Assembly: GCA_002633005.1 (NCBI GenBank)
Contig: NMRA01001177.1
Coordinates: 1 to 39,172, forward strand
Direction of reading: 5' to 3'
DNA from: Phoronis australis
Lineage: Eukaryota; Animalia; Phoronida
Length of the DNA stretch: 39,172 nt
Shown: one piece after another, positions 35,216 to 39,172 of the stretch
Layout: every line of letters starts with the position of its first letter
How positions within the stretch are numbered: the first letter of the stretch is position 1
Program-made: the position numbers and the translations under genes
The notes under the pieces: generated by a model
Seen by the model: only the letters and a program-made list of their open reading frames with translations
Told to the model about the DNA's origin: nothing
Database searches by the model: none

Positions 35216-37094
35216 TGATGATCAATTTATGCATTTTAATGGCACAGGCAAACACAGTTCAAACGTATAATATAATTCTGCATCACCAAATTTTAAGGAA
35301 ATCACCCTCTTTTCTAAGAAAAAGACAAGATTTGAATGATTTTCCAATGATTATTTCAACTGATATTAATATTTTCCTTTGTCACAATATCTGAGTCCAT
35401 CACAAGAAGATGCTGAAGAAGGTACTTGACTCTGAAATTTGACACAAATGCATATTGTAATTCTACAGAGATTAAAAGTTGCAACACCTTACATTAGCTA
35501 AAATGAGTCGACTTTTTAACAACCTTACGTAGCGAAAGGCTATACTTACACATTTTCTATTTGAACATGTTCCACTTTTAAAACAATTTTCTTCTCTTAT
35601 GAAAAATGCATTGTTTTTAGCAATGAAATTCAACATACCTTAGCAGAGGTGTACAACATTGACATGTCCACTATAAATAGACAATGTGTCATTCTCAAAA
35701 GTATTTTCAATCAAGTACTCACACTTACTATGATATTTTACAAATTTTCCGTTTCTTTTCATATAATAAAACTATTTACAAAGGTACGCGATTCACCCGC
35801 TGCTAAAATATCACGGTCAGTTCTTACTAAACTGCAGTTTATTCCAGTATGCAATAACAGTGTCAGTGAAGAAACCAACAGAGGCAAAGGTCAATTTAGG
35901 TACTGATGAGTTAGAGACCTGCAGTCATGAGATATCAATTTGAATATAAAATCTCCCAGTGGCTGAAGAACCCCTTCCCCTCTCAACAAAGTATATACAT
36001 TTATATAATCTGACACTGCCTGCAACTGAGAGAGGTACATGGTGCTCAAATGAAGCCAGTTACGCATTGATCTGAAATGAATGAAATACAACAAAACAAA
36101 AAACATGGCTAAACAGAAAAATGAGTAAAAGACGTATCAAACAGAACATCAAAAGTCCAGTATAGGGTATTTAAAAAGAAGTAAGGGAGTATAAAATACA
36201 AGAAGGTTGATAAAACACCAGCAAATAACTGTGGAAAGAACAAGCATCAATTTCAGTGATCAGCGAGCTGGAATACAGAACTGTAATTATCACTTGATGC
36301 TAACTAATACTTGAAAATACACCTGAATTAATTGTTCAAACATTTATGTCATTGAACATTTCTCCGATTCAGAACTTGACACCTTGAATGCATCGTCTCC
36401 GCCTGATAAAAACATAGAGTCCTGATAGGTGGATTTTCTGTCCAAAAATGCTACAATCTCTAGGTAACAAGGTGAATAAATTGAAAAATCACGGAATTGC
36501 TTACACTCACTACAGTTTTATAGATTGGAGGACTGGAATTCAACTTTCGAAGGCCAAGAATAGCCAATTACACTGCCTTGTAATGCTGCAGGCATACAAC
36601 CATACAGGGGTCATAGAAAATCCCTATAAAAAGTTACTCCCCAGAGTTCAACAAAACTATCGGGTGAATAAGGTTGGAATCTATGATTTAGGAAGAGAGA
36701 AAACTGGATCTGAAAATGTCCAAACAAAATTGTTTCCTTTGACCACCTGCTCACGTTTGATACACCTGCATGTTCCTCACTGGCTGCACCAAACGGAAGT
36801 TGTTTTACATTGAATGACTTGAATGAGATCTAATTTCTCCTTAAACATTGTCACAAGTGAATGCAGCAACATTTGGAGAATGTTCACTGTTATAGTTGTC
36901 TCGGACATTACTTTTGTGCCCTTTTATGGATACCACTATTTCATTTTCTCTCAGGATACTTTCACGGGTCTATTGGAAACTCCTCATCACGATGATGCCT
37001 TTGTAAAGTCTGAAGACATCTGAGATATATCTAAAATTGAAATGAAAGATTCAAAAACAAAAGCAAATGACAAATATGATTATGATAAGGTCAA

Positions 37095-37455
37095 CAGTAC
37101 AGCACCTTATGCAATGAAAAGACAACTTGATTCTATGAGCAACTTCAGCCATGCACCATATGTTATGAAAATGTGAAAATGGGAGCACCTTATGCTAGGA
37201 GGGAGTTAAAATGGGAGCACCTTCTGCTAGGACAACCTAAAAATAGGAGCACCTTATGCTACGAGAATGTCAAAATCTGAGCACCTTGTGCTAGGAGAAT
37301 GTTAAAATGGGAACACCTTACCCTACAAGATTGTTAAACTTCTCATGTTAGAATGGTAAAAATGGGAGCACCGTATGCTACGAGAATGTCAAAGTGGGAG
37401 CACCTTGTGCTAGGAGAAAGTTAAAATGGGAGCACCTTATGCTAAGAGAATGTCA
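37095..37455 (+). repeat. 32-bp minisatellite (AAAATGGGAGCACCTTATGCTAGGAGAATGTT)
   Basis: Cores at 37181, 37213, 37245, 37277, 37309, 37364, 37396 and 37428, with degenerate units to the left. Confidence 0.92.
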
Positions 37456-38621
37456 TGGTCGTGAGGGAACGTCGTGTGGTGTGATACCTCCACGAGGGTT
37501 GGCATCCTGGAATTCTTGACAGAGTGGACAGGACTTGCACAGCCTTTCAATATCGGCGCTTATTCTGAACCAGTATACGCTCTCGCGGGCCAATCTTCTT
37601 GTCTTCTCCACACCTTGGTGGCTGTCATGAAGTTGTCGCAAGACGTCTTCCTTCATCGTGTTTGGGATAATGATTTGTCGTCCCTTGAACAGAACACTAG
37701 CTTCAATGGCTAATTCGTCTCTAAACGACCAGTAAGGTCTTGCTCGTTTGGGCAGGTCTTTGATGTTTTCTGGCCATCCTTGGTAAACGATCTCTTTGAT
37801 AAAGTTGAGTACTGGATCACGTGTGGTTTCTTCTCGCATGCAGGTTTGTTTGGATTCTGAGAAGTTGACGATGGCAGTTGTTATGTCAATGTCATTGATT
37901 TTCTCGTCGAGTTCTATATCTGAGTCGTTCTCGGGGTTTGGTAGTCGACTGAGGGTGTTGGGGAGTGTCATCTGGCCGCCAGGTCTGTAGGTGATCCCAA
38001 AATTGTACCCCTGTATCTTCACTAGCATTCGTTGGAGTCTTGGAGGTGCAGAGTGGAGTGGCTTGGAGCATATGGTGACTAGTGGCTTGTGGTCCGTAAC
38101 GATGACAAATGCTTTGCCGTATAGGTATGTGTGGTATCTCTGTTCTCTGTACACTATAGCCAACATCTCCCTCTCGATGTTTGAGTAGCGGGATTGACAG
38201 GCGTGGATGTCTTTGAGCCGAAGGCCACAGGTTGTCCGTCTTGGATAAGAGCGACTCAGAGTCCTTTTTGAGAGGCGTCGACCTCTAGGGTGAGGGTCTT
38301 TGTCGCATCGTAGTACAACAGTGTGCAGTCAGGAATAACCAGGGTTTTCAATTCCTGGTAGCACTTCTCATATGACTGATTCCATGTCCATGCAGTGTCA
38401 GCTTTTAGGAGACAGCATAACGGGTGGGCCTTCTCAGCAAAGTTAGGTATATACTGGGACAAGTAGGTGAGCATGCCCATAAACTGTTGTAGATCTTCCT
38501 TGGACTGGGGGGAGGGCATGTGATGGATGTCGTGGATTTTAGAGGGGTCAGGCTTGACGCCCTTGTCGGTGTAAAGATTGCCAAAGAAGGATATGCTGGT
38601 CTGTTTAATAACGCACTTAGA
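37453..38621 (-). pseudogene. pol: Gypsy pol fragment (RT thumb/connection, RNase H, integrase HHCC)
   Basis: SKCVIKQTSISFFG..GVKPDPSKI..MPSPQSKEDLQQFMGM..YIPNFA, LEVDASQKGL*, YSNIEREMLAIVY, VTDHKPL, PPRLQRM and LHDSHQGVEKTRRLARESVYW..CKSCPLCQ. Stop at 38256-38258 and frameshift at ~38205. Confidence 0.95.
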
Positions 38622-38707
38622 AAGAAAGATGTCCGCAGGTTGGTGACATTCTGGACGTTAGTTCAGGTTGCAGGTTGATGTACGGATGTTGAGAGACATG
38701 CAGGTTT

Positions 38708-38720
38708 ACCGCTGCCACCA
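38708..38720 (-). promoter_or_regulatory. Primer-binding site complementary to tRNA-Leu 3' end
   Basis: The minus strand reads ...ACTACA|TGGTGGCAGCGGT, the complement of ...ACCGCTGCCACCA-3' of eukaryotic tRNA-Leu. It lies directly after a CA LTR end. Confidence 0.85.
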
Positions 38721-38794
38721 TGTAGTGATAGCTGGTCGTTATAAGCGTATATAAAACATAAAACACATGTATTCTACTTAGCTGAATCACTACG
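38721..38794 (-). repeat. Candidate very short (74-bp) 5' LTR
   Basis: Bounded by inverted ends TGTAGTGAT(AGCT)...(AGCTGA)ATCACTACG and abuts the PBS. Confidence 0.55.
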
Positions 38795-38829
38795 CGCAAA
38801 AAAAATAAAAAAATCGGCACTTTTCACCC

Positions 38830-39166
38830 CAAAAACACCACTTCCATGCCGATGCAAGACTAAAGCAAACATTAGAGTCTGAAAGCAAATTTCCTACCGA
38901 TTCCGAAAATGTGGTCCAAAAGTACTGTCAACCAACTAGTTTTTTGTCAATTCTTGCTTGTTTGAGGGCTAGCTAAAATAGCAGCCAATTTCTCAGTCGC
39001 TACCCAACAATGCACAATTGCAGCCGGGGGCCGCCATCTTGAAGAAGAGTGCAGCTACGGCCAAGAAAGTGGCCTTTTTATTCATAGCATGTTCACAAAT
39101 ACAAACAAACCACATTCACTGAGCCTAAGTGCAATGCCCACCTACAAATTGCCCCTAAACTTGGCC
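38830..39166 (+). repeat. Dispersed repeat, copy 2 (copy 1 at 20079-20419)
   Basis: Collinear, high-identity match to 20079-20419. Confidence 0.85.
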
Positions 39167-39172
39167 AAAATT

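Larger units (their letters stand above)
37453..38794 (-). mobile_element. Internally deleted, 3'-truncated Ty3/Gypsy LTR retrotransposon
   Basis: Order on the minus strand: mini-LTR, PBS, ~85-nt leader, then RT C-terminus, RNase H and integrase zinc-binding region. RT-RH-INT order is Gypsy-type. Confidence 0.9.

Noticed and set aside
37474-38188. Plus-strand ORFs over the Gypsy region
   Set aside because: They are antisense shadows of the pol frame.

Overview
This is AT-rich eukaryotic genomic DNA, most likely from an invertebrate animal. It has GT-AG introns, no intact protein-coding gene, and no rRNA, tRNA or CRISPR. Eight single-N joins occur at 1494, 6712, 9263, 22700, 25558, 26393, 27950 and 31556; three of them sit between diverged tandem copies that look like uncollapsed haplotypes. 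Main content: (1) an intron-containing, frameshifted MAEA pseudogene on the minus strand (~11219-17974), with a TTAA-flanked Kolobok-type element carrying a decayed P2X7-C-terminus-like (KolX) ORF in one intron; (2) a multi-exon, Cys-rich, KDZ/Zisupton/HMGXB3-like transposase gene remnant on the minus strand (~26685-34708); (3) three arrays of a shared GAGCACC(TT) core at ~31-32 bp spacing on both sides of that gene; (4) a dispersed repeat built of ~140-bp subunits, each carrying a CTCF-like motif; (5) an internally deleted Ty3/Gypsy element with a mini-LTR and tRNA-Leu PBS, an RTE LINE 3' end, a Sola3-like fragment and several MITEs. All family assignments come from manual translation and motif recognition, not database searches. 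Most ORFs in the supplied track are spurious.
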